In this document: in pieces, positions 1 through 15,559 of the stretch
Position numbering within the stretch: position 1 is the first letter of the stretch
Layout: the number at the start of each line of letters is the position of its first letter
Origin: the human T2T-CHM13v2.0 reference genome, Homo sapiens
DNA: 64,000 bases
Reading direction: 5' to 3' (one strand)
Assembly (NCBI RefSeq): GCF_009914755.1
Contig: NC_060925.1
The notes under the pieces: model-generated
The model's input: the letters and a program-made list of their open reading frames with translations, nothing else
Databases searched by the model: none
Told to the model about the DNA's origin: nothing
Translations under genes and position numbers: made by a program

Positions 1-289
1 TCAAGCCTCTGCTTATGTCACATTTGTTGATGTACCCTCGGCTGAAACCAGTCACACACCCAAGCCTAGAGTCAGCAGAGAAAGAGACTGCACTGGTTGT
101 GGGCCCTAGCAGACATGATTCACTGGGATCATTAGTATAGCATTCTACCACACATGTAAACATCTGCCTAAAATTAGCTCAGTGTAAGGGCTTAGATCTC
201 ATAAAACCTAGGGAAAAACTCTACAGCCCCCATGCTTGTCCTCTGCCATTATGGTACACCTACCAACTTGATAAGTTGTGGTTTCTTCA

Positions 290-525
290 AATTCATTCAT
301 TCACTTAGCAAATAATAGTTCGCATACCTACTGCATGCTAGGGAAATGGCAGTGGACAAAATAGAAATTTCCTGCCCTCGTGGTACTTACAGTGTGGTGG
401 GAAGGGGAAGGTGTGTGTGGAAAAAGACAATGTAAATAAAATGAGAGTGGGAAATAGGGAGTTGGGTAGGGGTAGCAATGTTAGATAAGGTGGCCAGGGA
501 AGGCCTCAGAGAGAAGGTGATATTG
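290..525 (-). mobile_element. L2 fragment
   Basis: attcattcattcac L2 3'-end signature followed by L2-like sequence. Confidence 0.55.
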
Positions 526-674
526 TGGGGAGGGTCAAGACAAACACAGACAACATCCTATTGGTTCAAGCCTAAGTAATGATTTATTAGCGAGTACTTG
601 AGCATCTCCCTCAGATCTGTCAGTAGGGGATTGGGTTGGCAGGGAGGAATAGATGCTATAAAATGGGCAGGGGT

Positions 675-1129
<455 letters not shown>

Positions 1130-1402
1130 TTAAGCCTCTCAGCAGCCTTGCAAAGAAATTAGTTATTATCCTTGTTTTTGGAGACTCCGAGTAGTAAAGT
1201 AACAAATTAAAGAAGGGAAGAGTCAAGAAGGAGAAAAATATTAGAAAATTAAAGAAGTCATTGAGTATTATAATAGATTTAGTGCTAGAAGAGGGCGTAA
1301 GTTAAATGATAATAAGTTAGTGATTTAGAACATTTTGTCACATTTATATCATTTTCAGTCCCTCCACTTCTCTTTTATGTTTCTATTTTTGCTTCCTGAC
1401 AG

Positions 1403-1533
1403 GAATGGGTAACTGCCACTGACATCAGAGTAACTCTTAATCGCCTGAACACTTTTGGAGATGAAGTGTTTAACGATCCCAAAGTTCTCAAGTCCTATTA
1501 TTATGCCATCTCTGATTTTGCTGTAGGTGGCAG
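1403..1533 (+). CDS. LAMC1: LAMC1 exon 3 (131 nt), end of LN domain ([10 protein letters not shown]...FAVGGR)
   Basis: ctgacag|GAATGG ... GGCAG|gtaagt; laminin N-terminal domain peptide. Confidence 0.96.
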
Positions 1534-1789
1534 GTAAGTAAACTATTAAATTAGTCTTGAAAGTGTTTGGAGCTTTTGCATAGAGGTGAATCTAGCAACT
1601 TGTTTATAATTATGTTAATACCGTTGTTAGATGTTTTCTTTACCAAGAATAGGAGCGGCAGTCCTTCCTGTGTGATAATGCTTAGCTGAAAAGACAGACA
1701 GCAGCCTAGGATATTTTCACTGTGAGATCTTCTTGTTGTTCTGGAAACTAAGCATGTAGGTTTTCCAAAACCTTGTCAAATCCACACAC

Positions 1790-2880
1790 TTAGTGAATTC
1801 TTATTGACAATTTAAGTGCAAGGGCACTGTGAAGCACTTGAGGAAGGGTAAGACTCACCTTATCCTACGGAGAAGTCCTGACCTTCTTGGATCTTACACA
1901 TGAACAGGGTAGGCAATGTATGAATATGTGAAAACTGAAATACTTGTAATCACCTGTTTTTAAAAAATAGATAAAGCAGCAGTAGAAAAGATGCCACATA
2001 TCAAGAATGATCCAAAACTGCCAGGCTAGAGAAGCAGATGGCATCTAAGCTGGGTCTTGAAAGCTTTGGATAAGGAAGGAGAGGATGCCTTGGTTGGATG
2101 CAAGAGGATGGACATGTTGTAAGCAGAAGTTTAGAGACGGGAGAGTATAAACCCATTTAACTGAAGGAAAATCTCTTAAATTTGTAGAGTTGTAAACCAG
2201 AAAGATAGTTTCGTGGCCAGAGACCTTAAACAGCAGGTGAAGAATCTTGGACTTACCTCCCCTGTGTTAGACCATGAGATCCCAAAAGCAGAAAACTTAT
2301 TTTTGTTTACATTGTTTCCGGTATGGGATTGGTGCTTAGTGAAAGTTGATGGGAACTGTACCCAATGAGAAATCAGGCAGAATTTTTGGAGTAGGACTCT
2401 GGTAAGAAAACAGTGGGCCAGGAGGATTAATGTGCAAACAGGGTAAAAATAGTGTACAATTGAGGGAATTTATATTCCTGTTATGATGCTGGATTAGGCA
2501 ACAAATACATGACATTAAGCTGGTGGCAGCAGAATGGAAAGGAACATATAGATGCATTTTATTGTGAAGGAAATGTTACCAGGACTTCAGTCAAAGGTCC
2601 TTTTATTTAGTGATCAGGAGAATGGTTGGTACCATTAACAAAATAAAGAAGATGAGCTAAACTGAAGAGTTTGGTTATACATATGTAAAATTTCAGGTCA
2701 TGGTGGACATCAAAGTTTGTGCAGCAGTCAAGGATAAGAGCTTGAGAGAAGTTGAGAGCTGGAGATCTAAATTTGGGACTTGTCCTGCCACACTATCAAT
2801 GATTCTGAAGTATTTTAGTGTATCAGTGAATGGTAGTTGAAGCTATGAGACTGATTGCTGTCATTAAGGAAGCAAGTGAG
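1790..2880 (-). mobile_element. Degraded L2 segments
   Basis: Purine-rich L2-like sequence (gagagctggagatctaaatttggga). Confidence 0.45.
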
Positions 2881-3109
2881 GGGAACATTACGACTCCATG
2901 GTGTACATTAGTATTGATGGGAATTTCCATGAGTCCTTAATTTGTTATCATACTTGCATCTAGGGGATCTTTCAGGGATTCTTGCTCCAGACAACCTCAG
3001 GGGATATTAGTCTGACTACCAAACATCCATATGGGGGTGAGGTATCTAATGTGTCTCACCACCTTTAGGTCGGAATACTTTAAAATCATTATGGCAGATA
3101 ATTGCTGAT

Positions 3110-3330
3110 GTTCATCAACTTATTTTGTGGTTTTGCAATCCTGAGCACATAAATAAAGCACTCCTTGATCTTCCCAATAACCTTATGAAATAGGCATTGT
3201 CATCATCCCTGTTTTACAGGCGAGGCACAGAGGTTAAGTTACATTGGTAAGTGACAGGGAAGGGTTTCAAACCCAGGCAGCCTGGCTTCAGAGTCCATGC
3301 TTTTCTGAACCACTATATTCTGCTACCTCT
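3110..3330 (-). mobile_element. MIR
   Basis: MIR core: cctgttttacagg..gaggcacagaggttaagt..ttcaaacccaggcagcctggcttcagagtcc. Confidence 0.7.
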
Positions 3331-3614
3331 TGACACACAGGTTTGACTTCAGGAATTGATCCTACAGATAGCCTCAGAAATTGTTAGGGACTTTCTTTTC
3401 ATATCTGGTTAATCCCTACCCCTGTTAAGTAAAGCTACCTTGTTTAATTTTTTTTATCCTTAAAAATTCAGACATCCATTACTTAATCTTGCTCAGTTCC
3501 TCAGTTTACACTTTTGAATGGTAAAACTTACTTCTTTGTGTACATAGTTTTTCTGTGTGCATTTCTGGGACTTTGCAGCTGTTCCATTTTTTGGAGTATC
3601 TCTTCTCTCCCCAG

Positions 3615-3781
3615 ATGTAAATGTAATGGACACGCAAGCGAGTGTATGAAGAACGAATTTGATAAGCTGGTGTGTAATTGCAAACATAACACATATGGAG
3701 TAGACTGTGAAAAGTGTCTTCCTTTCTTCAATGACCGGCCGTGGAGGAGGGCAACTGCGGAAAGTGCCAGTGAATGCCTGC
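3615..3781 (+). CDS. LAMC1: LAMC1 exon 4 (167 nt), LE repeat (CKCNGHASEC...)
   Basis: ccccag|ATGTAAA ... CTGC|gtgagt; matches ORF 3514..3819. Confidence 0.97.
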
Positions 3782-4209
3782 GTGAGTGCCCCATGACGTC
3801 AGTCTGTCAGTTGTCTTAAGGACTTCCAAGGGTGGAAGAAGGAACGGGTGACTTTCTTTTATTCCTCCTTGAAAGGAAAGCTCTGAAAGGCCAGCTTTTT
3901 GTGTAATTTGAGTAGTATTCAAGTCAGAGGAAAGTCATAGATGAGGGCAATTCACTGTAAAGGCAAACTGAGGGTTTTGTGTTTCCTTCATGAACACATG
4001 TCCCAGAGTTGGAGCAGCATCTGCAAGGTTTAGAAATTTGTTTGGATCCAAATACTGGGCCAGTGTAGTCTACTCCGGAATATGGTTTCTCTAGTCGTAT
4101 TTGTTCCCCTTTAAAATACTATTATTTTTATCAATGCTCAGGCATCCAAGGTAATTAACATGTATCAAATATAATGAGTTCTAGGCTAAGAGGGCCATTC
4201 CAAGATTAT

Positions 4210-4513
4210 TCTTTTTTCTTTTCTTTTTTTTTTTTTTGAGACTGAGTCTCACTCTGTCAGCTAGGCTGGAGTGAGTGATCTCAACTCACTGCAACTTCCA
4301 CCTCCTGGGTTCAAGTGATTGTCTTGCCTCAGCCTCCTGAGTAGCTGGGATTACAGGTGTGTGCCACCATGCCCAGCTAACTTTTGTGTTTTTAGTAGAG
4401 ACGGGGTTTCACCATGTTGGCCAGGCTGGTCTCGAACTCCTGACCTCAGGTGATCCACCTGCCTTGGCCTCCTAAAGTGCTGGGATTACAGGTGGGAGCC
4501 ACTGCGCCTGGCC
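4210..4513 (-). mobile_element. AluS (antisense to LAMC1)
   Basis: Poly-T followed by reverse-complement Alu ending gcctggcc. Confidence 0.92.
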
Positions 4514-4880
4514 GCACAAGATTTTTTCTCGAAACTATTTTTTCTTTATCTCACTAAAGAGTACAACGGGGAGAATTTTCCCACTCCCCTGTTGGAGAGG
4601 TGGGTAGCTTTGGGAAGAAGAATAGGTCCTAGTATTCCTAGAAAAAGGTAAAAATGAAAAAAAAGTAAAATGAAAAAACTTAAAACATTGTTTATCCCTT
4701 CATAATGTCATGGTTTATTCTGAACAGATAGAGAAAGAAATCTCAGGAGAAAGGAACCTTTTAATCATGATTTTAAAGCAGAAATACTTTTCTTATGTCC
4801 TTACAAATATTGTTTATCATATTCTGTTAAGAATAAAGAGAAAAAGAAGATACTCTTAACTTGCAGAAATTATTGGCAGA

Positions 4881-5219
<339 letters not shown>

Positions 5220-6029
5220 CTATCTTAACTCACGACTGTTTCCACTGAACTGCCGAGAGGAGATTTTCTTATTCATCTTTTCAACAAATCCTAAGATTTG
5301 CAAGTAAAATTTACAGCCTCCTCTGACATTTGTAAGCACTTGCTTGACCTTCTTTAATTCCATTACTGAACTGTAATATTCAGTGTTGGAAGCTCTACAA
5401 TAAAGGCTGGTACAAGAATGAAATACTCCTAATATGTGGCATCTAAATAAATGGACATGTGTGCTTGAAAAGCATTCTGCTTAATAATGTCGTATTTTGA
5501 GTCTATCCAGGAAGTTACTTAAAGAACCAAACATTGCCAATTCACCTCTAGCAAATGAACTGAGTACTGTAGCTAAAGGACTTTGATGAGGAACTAAGTC
5601 AATTTGCTTTTCTCGTTGGTCCCTTCAGCACTGTGACACTTCAAAGAGTGACATTTCTGGATGTTGTGACAATACTACATTAATTGTCAGGATGCTAGGG
5701 CTAGGGAAGAGAACTACCTTCTCTCAAGGAGGGAGCCATGGCATTTGCTTTAGCTGTAGGTTGGGACAGTGTGGACAGTGGTGTTATTCTGCTTTACCGT
5801 CTCAGAACATCAGATCTTCAGGTGGGTTGGGCTTGGTGGATTGAGGGATAAGCTAGGGCATCTTGAGGGAAGAGAAATAGCTAATGAAGGAAGGAAAAGG
5901 GCACTTTAAAACTAACTTAACAAAACTCTAATTTTTGGTGGCAATAACTCAAGTTTCTAAAAAAGTTTTCAGTTGTAATACTGTACTGTGAAATAACTGA
6001 TCATAAGAAAGAGAGAAAAAGAACAAAAG

Positions 6030-6447
6030 GGGCTGAGTATGGTGGCTCACACTTGCAGTTCCAGCACTTGGGAGGCCAAGGTGGGAGACTCATTTGGGAC
6101 CAACCTGGGCAATATAGTGAAACCCTGTCTCTGCAAAAATAAAAAATAAAATAATTAGCAAGGCATGGTGGCATGTGCCTGTACTCCCAGCTACGTGGCA
6201 GGATGAGGCAGAAGGATCACTTGAGCCTGGGAGTTTGAGACCAGTCTGAGCAACAGAGCAAGACCTTGTCTCTGCAAAAAATTTTTTAAAAATTAGCTGA
6301 GTATAGTGGCACACACCTGTAGTCCCAGCTACTTGGGAGGCTAAGGCAGGAGGAGGATCACGTGAGCTCAGGAATTTGAGGCTGCAATGAGTTATGGTGA
6401 CACCACTGCACTCAAGAGTGAGACCCTGTCTCCAAAAAACAAACAAA
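6030..6447 (+). mobile_element. AluJ-type three-monomer element (left-left-right arms)
   Basis: Three Alu monomers separated by two A-rich linkers. Confidence 0.8.
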
Positions 6448-7189
6448 TCAAAATGTGTTCATGATTTTGGTTAGAAGAAGTCTGCATTAAAAAAGAAAAA
6501 TATATTCCAAAAAAGATGTATTCGAATATTTTTTTAAACAACATCCTGTTCGATTTGAAACCAAATAAAACTTCTTTTTATTTACTCTTCAAGATACTGT
6601 CTACATTTTGGGAAGAATCAATAACTCAGAAAAAAATCTTTTTATTATAAATATAGTAAGGAATTTTTGTGACTACAGATACTTGGTCTTGAAATATGGT
6701 TGTGCCCTGCAGGGAATATAGCTACTTAACAGATCACCCATTTGGAGTTGAGGCTTCCCTGTACATGGATGTTTCTGGAGGATCTAGATTTCTTTTTAAT
6801 TCTGCTTTCATCTGTCGTGGCACTAATTTTGACCCATATGTCTCAAGTTACCCCAGTCTAGATATATAAATAATCTGGCACTTTGGAAGTTAGTGTCTTA
6901 ATGTATTTGACTCATCTGAGGCCTAAAAAGTTAAGGTAAATTGAAGCCTGCATATAAAATGGCACTTTGTTTTTGGAGTTGATACTAGAATAAAGGCTAA
7001 AGATTCAGGAGAATTATAATTTGACTTGACTTTTACTTGTATATGAACAATTACCTGGAGGCAGATTATTTTCTAAGTACGAGAATTCCTTGTATCTTAC
7101 GATGGTGCTGTTTTTTAGAGGGAGGAACATTTCTTTATCATCTGGCTGTATATACCCTTTATTGACATCCTGTTGGGTTTTGTTGGTGG

Positions 7190-7497
<308 letters not shown>

Positions 7498-7657
7498 TTC
7501 TTGTTGTTGTTAATGAACAGTGCATCTGGTAATCATTCTTAGTCTACCACCATCTGTCTGTCTCAGAGATGTGGGAAATTATGTTTGGTTTTAAGTCTTA
7601 AAATGCTCTTCTTAAAGGTACCCAGATCTGATGTAACTCGTGTGTTTTGACTGACAG

Positions 7658-7846
7658 CCTGTGATTGCAATGGTCGATCCCAGGAATGCTACTTCGACCC
7701 TGAACTCTATCGTTCCACTGGCCATGGGGGCCACTGTACCAACTGCCAGGATAACACAGATGGCGCCCACTGTGAGAGGTGCCGAGAGAACTTCTTCCGC
7801 CTTGGCAACAATGAAGCCTGCTCTTCATGCCACTGTAGTCCTGTGG
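7658..7846 (+). CDS. LAMC1: LAMC1 exon 5 (189 nt), LE repeat (PCDCNGRSQEC...)
   Basis: tgacag|CCTGTG ... GTGG|gtaagt; frame continuous with neighbours. Confidence 0.96.
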
Positions 7847-8646
7847 GTAAGTGACAGGAAGATGGATTGAAAGACAAAATGATAGTTCCGTGGACCCCCG
7901 GAAAGGAAAGCTTTGTTTCCAAGGCATTTGGACAACTAAATGTGGAGATGTATACATTATTGTAACACAGAAATCAGTCAAGATCTGTCTCTACCCCATG
8001 CCTCCACCTTTTTTAACCAAGTTGAACTTTCAGATGAGTTTCTGGTGTGTAAGAGGGGGGTGGTGGCCTGAGTAATGGTTCTGCAAATAATTAGCAGCAG
8101 GATCATAGAGACAATTTGAACTTTGACTGTAAAAGGTTAACTGCTTTGTGAGTTCTTCCTTGTTGATGATTTTGTTTAGTCTAATCTCCTTAGAGTGCTG
8201 AAATATTCTTAGCATGTTTGTGTGTGTACAGAGATGCACAGCATTCTTAGTCTAGCCCATTCTTCAAGAGTTTAACCTTTATATTTGTCATTTAGGCCTA
8301 TATATACTTAAATTCTAGACATGGGCCTTAAGGGGCTGTGATCACCCACAGAGAAGTAACTGATCTTGTGTGCAGTGTTTCATTGGGTACAAAGTGATTT
8401 TCAACATTGATGAGTAAATTCATCTTAGCATGTGTCTAGAAACTTAAAATGCCATGACTTAAAGGGTCATGATTTTGAGAAAGTTCTGATTTAAAATTTG
8501 GTTTTTATTACCTTTGTGACCATCAGGAGATTGCATACTGGTTCTCAGGCATTGCTTTTAATTACCAGTTATCTTTCTTTAACACATTGATTTTACTTGA
8601 GTATCTGGCCGAATTTTTGTTTGACAATAGGCATTTTACATTTTAG

Positions 8647-8764
8647 GCTCTCTAAGCACACAGTGTGATAGTTACGGCAGATGCAGCTGTAAGCCAGGAG
8701 TGATGGGGGACAAATGTGACCGTTGCCAGCCTGGATTCCATTCTCTCACTGAAGCAGGATGCAG
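8647..8764 (+). CDS. LAMC1: LAMC1 exon 6 (118 nt), LE repeat ([13 protein letters not shown]...)
   Basis: ttttag|GCTCTC ... TGCAG|gtaaaa. Confidence 0.96.
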
Positions 8765-8998
8765 GTAAAATATTTTCAAAGCCAGAAGAAGGGGGCAGAA
8801 TCTATATATAGTCAACACATATTAATAGATCTTATGGCTTATTGGCAGCAGGGTAAACATTTTTCCTGTAATAATTGTCAACAAGACTGAGGACTAGCTG
8901 TAATGGTGAGCCACAAGGGGTTTGGCTTGTACAGAGAGTAAGCAGAGTTTTAATGGGATGACTATCTTAAACTGAAACCAAATATAAAAATGACTTTA

Positions 8999-9294
<296 letters not shown>

Positions 9295-9324
9295 CTACGT
9301 GTATTTCTTTTAAAAAAATCTGTT

Positions 9325-9893
<569 letters not shown>

Positions 9894-9897
9894 TCAG

Positions 9898-10034
9898 ATG
9901 CAAACCTGGATTTTTTAATCTGGAATCATCTAATCCTCGGGGTTGCACACCCTGCTTCTGCTTTGGGCATTCTTCTGTCTGTACAAACGCTGTTGGCTAC
10001 AGTGTTTATTCTATCTCCTCTACCTTTCAGATTG
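9898..10034 (+). CDS. LAMC1: LAMC1 exon 8 (137 nt), end of LE region and start of L4
   Basis: tttcag|ATGCAAA ... ATTG|gtaatt; [25 protein letters not shown]. Confidence 0.96.
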
Positions 10035-10450
10035 GTAATTTAGACCTCATCCCCCAACCTGTTAGAACTGTGAGATTACACTTAAAATATTTTTAAAAAT
10101 AAAATCAGTGACTCTTTGAGGGCTTTTTGATGGTTGGCAACACTTTGTATTATTTAGCATGCATAGTTTTTGTAGTTTGGCCTTTTAATTTAATGAAAAT
10201 GTACTTTTGGCTTTAGAATTTATCTCAATGAATAGTGATTACAAATGTTATATAAATAGTAATAAAGTAAAATATAGTTTGAGTGGTATAGCATATATTG
10301 GTACTGTTGTAGGATCCATTTATTCAAAAAGGTTTATTGATGCCTTTCTGTATACAAGGTGTGGTCTTACACATTTTTATGATACATAGAGGACCTGAAT
10401 TCAGGATGTTTACAGTGTAAAGTGCTTGTGTTTTCCTTCTCTACCTGCAG

Positions 10451-10573
10451 ATGAGGATGGGTGGCGTGCGGAACAGAGAGATGGCTCTGAAGCATCTCTC
10501 GAGTGGTCCTCTGAGAGGCAAGATATCGCCGTGATCTCAGACAGCTACTTTCCTCGGTACTTCATTGCTCCTG
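10451..10573 (+). CDS. LAMC1: LAMC1 exon 9 (123 nt), L4 (laminin IV) domain
   Basis: ctgcag|ATGAGG ... CCTG|gtaagt; DEDGWRAEQRDG...YFIAP. Confidence 0.96.
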
Positions 10574-10664
10574 GTAAGTAAGGCTAGAAAGCAGTCTGAC
10601 CTGCTGTGTGCCTCTGTTTAGTCTCAGTCTCACATTCTTGCCCACCATTGTGTCTGTATTCCAG

Positions 10665-10854
10665 CAAAGTTCTTGGGCAAGCAGGTGTTGAGTTATGGTC
10701 AGAACCTCTCCTTCTCCTTTCGAGTGGACAGGCGAGATACTCGCCTCTCTGCCGAAGACCTTGTGCTTGAGGGAGCTGGCTTAAGAGTATCTGTACCCTT
10801 GATCGCTCAGGGCAATTCCTATCCAAGTGAGACCACTGTGAAGTATGTCTTCAG
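10665..10854 (+). CDS. LAMC1: LAMC1 exon 10 (190 nt), L4 domain
   Basis: ttccag|CAAAGT ... TTCAG|gtaaga; KFLGKQVLSYGQNLSFSFR. Confidence 0.97.
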
Positions 10855-11164
10855 GTAAGATAGCCTTCTTTGTAAAGTGAGACTTGACGAACATTGTGAA
10901 AGTGGTGTCTTTATTTAAGTTTAACTGGCCTCTAGATGTATTTTAAAGAAAAACTTCTGGGTTATTGTGGTGATTTTGTAAAAGGGAGCCTTCCTTTCTT
11001 TACCTTTATCTTTTCCAATTGTACTACCAAACCAATAGTCTTATTTTTTATTTGATTTGATTGTTAGAGCATTGCATTGTTGGGGCATAAATGAATAAGA
11101 AATATTTCCCCAACATCCAGAATTGTCCTTACAGAGGTTAATGTGGCCCTTTCTTTCTCTCCAG

Positions 11165-11277
11165 GCTCCATGAAGCAACAGATTACCCTTGGAGGCCTGC
11201 TCTTACCCCTTTTGAATTTCAGAAGCTCCTAAACAACTTGACCTCTATCAAGATACGTGGGACATACAGTGAGAGAA
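11165..11277 (+). CDS. LAMC1: LAMC1 exon 11 (113 nt), L4 domain
   Basis: ctccag|GCTCCA ... GAGAA|gtaagt; LHEATDYPWRP...IRGTYSER. Confidence 0.96.
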
Positions 11278-11571
11278 GTAAGTTATGATATAATTTAGGA
11301 GAGTTGTTTAAAAAGATGATTGGTTAGAAAGATTCATGATAATGCAAAAGTTTCTCTTTCCTAATAATATAACACTGAGAAGTGTATAACAACTCACATT
11401 ATACATGAATTATATATAAAGACAATGCATTTTTTAACGGCTTTCAAGGACCTGGAAAAAATTTGGTAAAATTAGTAAATTGTATTATTTACTAATTGAT
11501 TACTCAATTGATCAGTAGGTCAATTGAGGTTACATTGTATATAAATAGATTTTCTAAAAAACCTAATTATA

Positions 11572-11891
<320 letters not shown>

Positions 11892-12037
11892 TCAAGTTGC
11901 CTCATCTTCATTTCTTTTTATTTACTGTTGTGTAATTATAATTTATAATTTGAGCCATTGGTTAAATTATTAAAAGTCATAAATTATTGAATGATTTTGT
12001 TATAATTTTAGGTGAACAAGAGTTTAAGACTTAAAAA

Positions 12038-12328
12038 TTTTTTTTTTTGAGACGGAGTCTTGCTCTGTCACCCAGGCTGTGGTGCAATAGCATGATCTTG
12101 GCTCACTGCAACCTCCGCCTCCTGGTTCAAGCGATTCTCCTGCTCAGCCTCCCAAGTAGCTGGGATTACCGGCACGCCCCACCACACCCAGCTAATTTTT
12201 GTATTTTTAGTAGAGATGGGGTTTTACCATATTGGCCAGGCTGATCTCAAACTCCTGACCTCAGGTGATCCCCCTGCCTCGGCCTCCCAAAGTGCTGGGA
12301 TTACAGGCATGAGCCCCTGCACCCGGCC
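12038..12328 (-). mobile_element. AluS (antisense)
   Basis: Poly-T plus reverse-complement Alu. Confidence 0.92.
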
Positions 12329-12664
12329 AAAATTTTTTTTCTTAAAAAAAAGTTTTAAACAAGGACCTTTTTCTCTAGCAAGGTACAGCTGTTTGGGGAG
12401 GTGGAGTTAGTGATGATGTGGTATTGGGAGAGGCATCTGCAGCTTAGATGTGTTGATTTTTGAAATGCCTGCATGAATATCCAGATAAAAATGGCTTATA
12501 AGTAGTTAGAAATATGAATCTGGGGCTTAGGAAGAGATTAGGACTAGCGATCCAGATTTAGAAGGTTGTCAACATATGGGCAATAATTTTTAAACTTGGA
12601 AATATGACAGAAAATATAGATGGGAAAGAAGGATGGAATCCTGGAAACAGTTAAGTCCATGCTC

Positions 12665-12890
12665 TAAGACCCAAGGGCAACATGGCGAAACCACATCTCT
12701 ACTAAAAAGTACAAAAATTAGCACAGTATGGTGGTGCATGCCTGTAGTCCCAGCTTCTCTGGAGGCTGAGGTGAGAGGATCACGTGCACTCAGGAGGTCA
12801 AGGCTGCAGTGAGTGGTAATTGTGCCACTCCACTCCAGCCTGGACAATGAGTGTGACCCTGTCTCAAAAAAAAGTAAAATAAATAAATAA
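12665..12890 (+). mobile_element. Partial AluJ
   Basis: End of left arm plus right arm with ggaggtcaaggctgcagtgag. Confidence 0.85.
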
Positions 12891-13020
12891 GAGCCAAGGG
12901 AGAAAAAGAATTTTAAGAAAGAGAAACAATTAACAAGTTTAGGAAGCTAGCATCGTTGGGTTTTGGATTGGTGATTCCTTAATCGCTGCTGAGTTTTTGT
13001 TTTTAAGAAGTGTTAAAACT

Positions 13021-13325
13021 GTCCAGGCGTGGTAACTCATGCCTGTAATTCCAGTACTTTGGGAGGCTGAGGCAGGAGGATTGCTTGAGGCTAGGTGTTC
13101 AAGAGCAGCCTGGGCAACATAGCAAGATTCTGTCTCTATAAATCAAAAAAATTAGCTGGGCATGGTGGCACACACCTGTGGTCCTAGCTACCTCGGAGGC
13201 TGAGGGCAGGAGGATGCATGAACCCAAGAGGTCAAGCTCGCAGTGAGCTGTGATCATGCCGTTGCACACCAGCCTGAGTTTACAGAGTGGATCTATCTCA
13301 AAAAAAAAAAAAAAAAAAAAAAAAA
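13021..13325 (+). mobile_element. AluJ
   Basis: Diverged dimer with a long A-tail. Confidence 0.88.
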
Positions 13326-14195
13326 GATGGCGGGGTGGTGTTGAAACTGAAAGATCACAGTGCTTTAAGAAGTAATTTGAAGTTGAGTAAGTAAAATAAA
13401 GAATGTTCAGTTAAGAAGTTTGGCTATAAGGAAAAGACATGGACTATAATTTGGGAGTAGGAACAAGATTGAAGAAAGTATTTTTAGAATGGGGAGACTT
13501 AAGGATGTTTAGAATTGGAAGCACAGTAACCAATAAAGCCATATCTCATGACCTAACTAGGCAAGATAAACCTGTAAACATACTAAAAGTAGTACATTTA
13601 GGGTAGTAATGGAGGTGTCCTTCAGCCTTAGGTGGTTAATTTTCAAATGAATTTTATAAACAGCAAGTGCTATTTCATAACATGAAAAATACGCTTTAAG
13701 CATAAGACTGCAAAACACTAGAGTGGAATGGAGATTACAGGGAAATATGATGATGTTACTGAGGCCTATACCTCTCTGATAAAATGTTCCTGTTGATGCT
13801 TGTATCAGGGGCACCACTGGATTGGATGAACCATTGGTCTAAGGCAATATAAGGTTTCCTCTGATTTCTTATAGAAATGGAAAAGCATTGAGCTTTGGAG
13901 TAATTGTATACTTGTCAGAAGTAACCCTGAGTATTAGAACTTTACTTGAGAGTTTTTGTTTTTTGTTTTTTGGGGGGTTTTTTGGCTGTTTTACAGAGGG
14001 CAGAAATTATATAACCTGAGTATTACCTGTTGACAGGTGCTTTCCCTTCTGTCTTATCCTTGAACTCTGTAGTGCCTGCTTTTGTAGCAAAAGAATGAAA
14101 ACACTCCTTAATGGCTGTAGACATAAACTCTTCTTTTCCCCCCACACTCTTGTTCATATCTCTTCTCACTCCAAATGATTGTCTGATGCTTTTCA

Positions 14196-14663
<468 letters not shown>

Positions 14664-14856
14664 CTAAATGCTGTTTTCTAATTCTCTTCTCCAGGGTGTA
14701 GACGTGGATATCTCGTTTAGTGTATCAGAGCCCAGTTAAGCAAATGGCTGATTTTCTCTGGAATTTGGGGTCTAGTTACTTTTTAGTGTTACTGACTTTA
14801 CACAAGGTTTGGAAAACAAGCCAGTTCAGTGATTTTCTTTTCCTCACTATACACAG

Positions 14857-15078
14857 GTGCTGGATATTTGGATGATGTCACCCTGGCAAGTGCTCGTCCT
14901 GGGCCTGGAGTCCCTGCAACTTGGGTGGAGTCCTGCACCTGTCCTGTGGGATATGGAGGGCAGTTTTGTGAGATGTGCCTCTCAGGTTACAGAAGAGAAA
15001 CTCCTAATCTTGGACCATACAGTCCATGTGTGCTTTGCGCCTGCAATGGACACAGCGAGACCTGTGATCCTGAGACAG
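14857..15078 (+). CDS. LAMC1: LAMC1 exon 12 (222 nt), end of L4 and LE repeats
   Basis: acacag|GTGCTG ... GACAG|gtgaga; AGYLDDVTLASARPG...CDPET. Confidence 0.97.
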
Positions 15079-15196
15079 GTGAGATGATCTTTGGCAGCTC
15101 TTAGACCTAACTTCTCTTTAGCAATTGTGTAGAAAGTGCTCATTGTCTTATATACTTGTACATTTGCCTGTTTTCTCACGCCTGCCTTCCAAATAG

Positions 15197-15385
15197 GTGT
15201 TTGTAACTGCAGAGACAATACGGCTGGCCCGCACTGTGAGAAGTGCAGTGATGGGTACTATGGAGATTCAACTGCAGGCACCTCCTCCGATTGCCAACCC
15301 TGTCCGTGTCCTGGAGGTTCAAGTTGTGCTGTTGTTCCCAAGACAAAGGAGGTGGTGTGCACCAACTGTCCTACTGGCACCACTG
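15197..15385 (+). CDS. LAMC1: LAMC1 exon 13 (189 nt), LE repeats
   Basis: aaatag|GTGTTT ... CACTG|gtaagt. Confidence 0.97.
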
Positions 15386-15559
15386 GTAAGTCTGCTCGCT
15401 TCATCTGCTTTCAGTGTTCCCTTCTATAAAAAGACCTAGGGGAAAGGGGCTTCGGAGTTGTTTTGGATCTTTGTGTTTGGTTCAGTTTCAGTGGTTATGG
15501 TTTTCCTAATAGGAAGCTGAGGCTCACTCTCCTTGTTTCCTTCCATCTCTCTTTTGGGT

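Noticed and set aside
13324-13333. YY1 motif AAGATGGCGG
   Set aside because: Formed by chance at an Alu A-tail junction, with no promoter context
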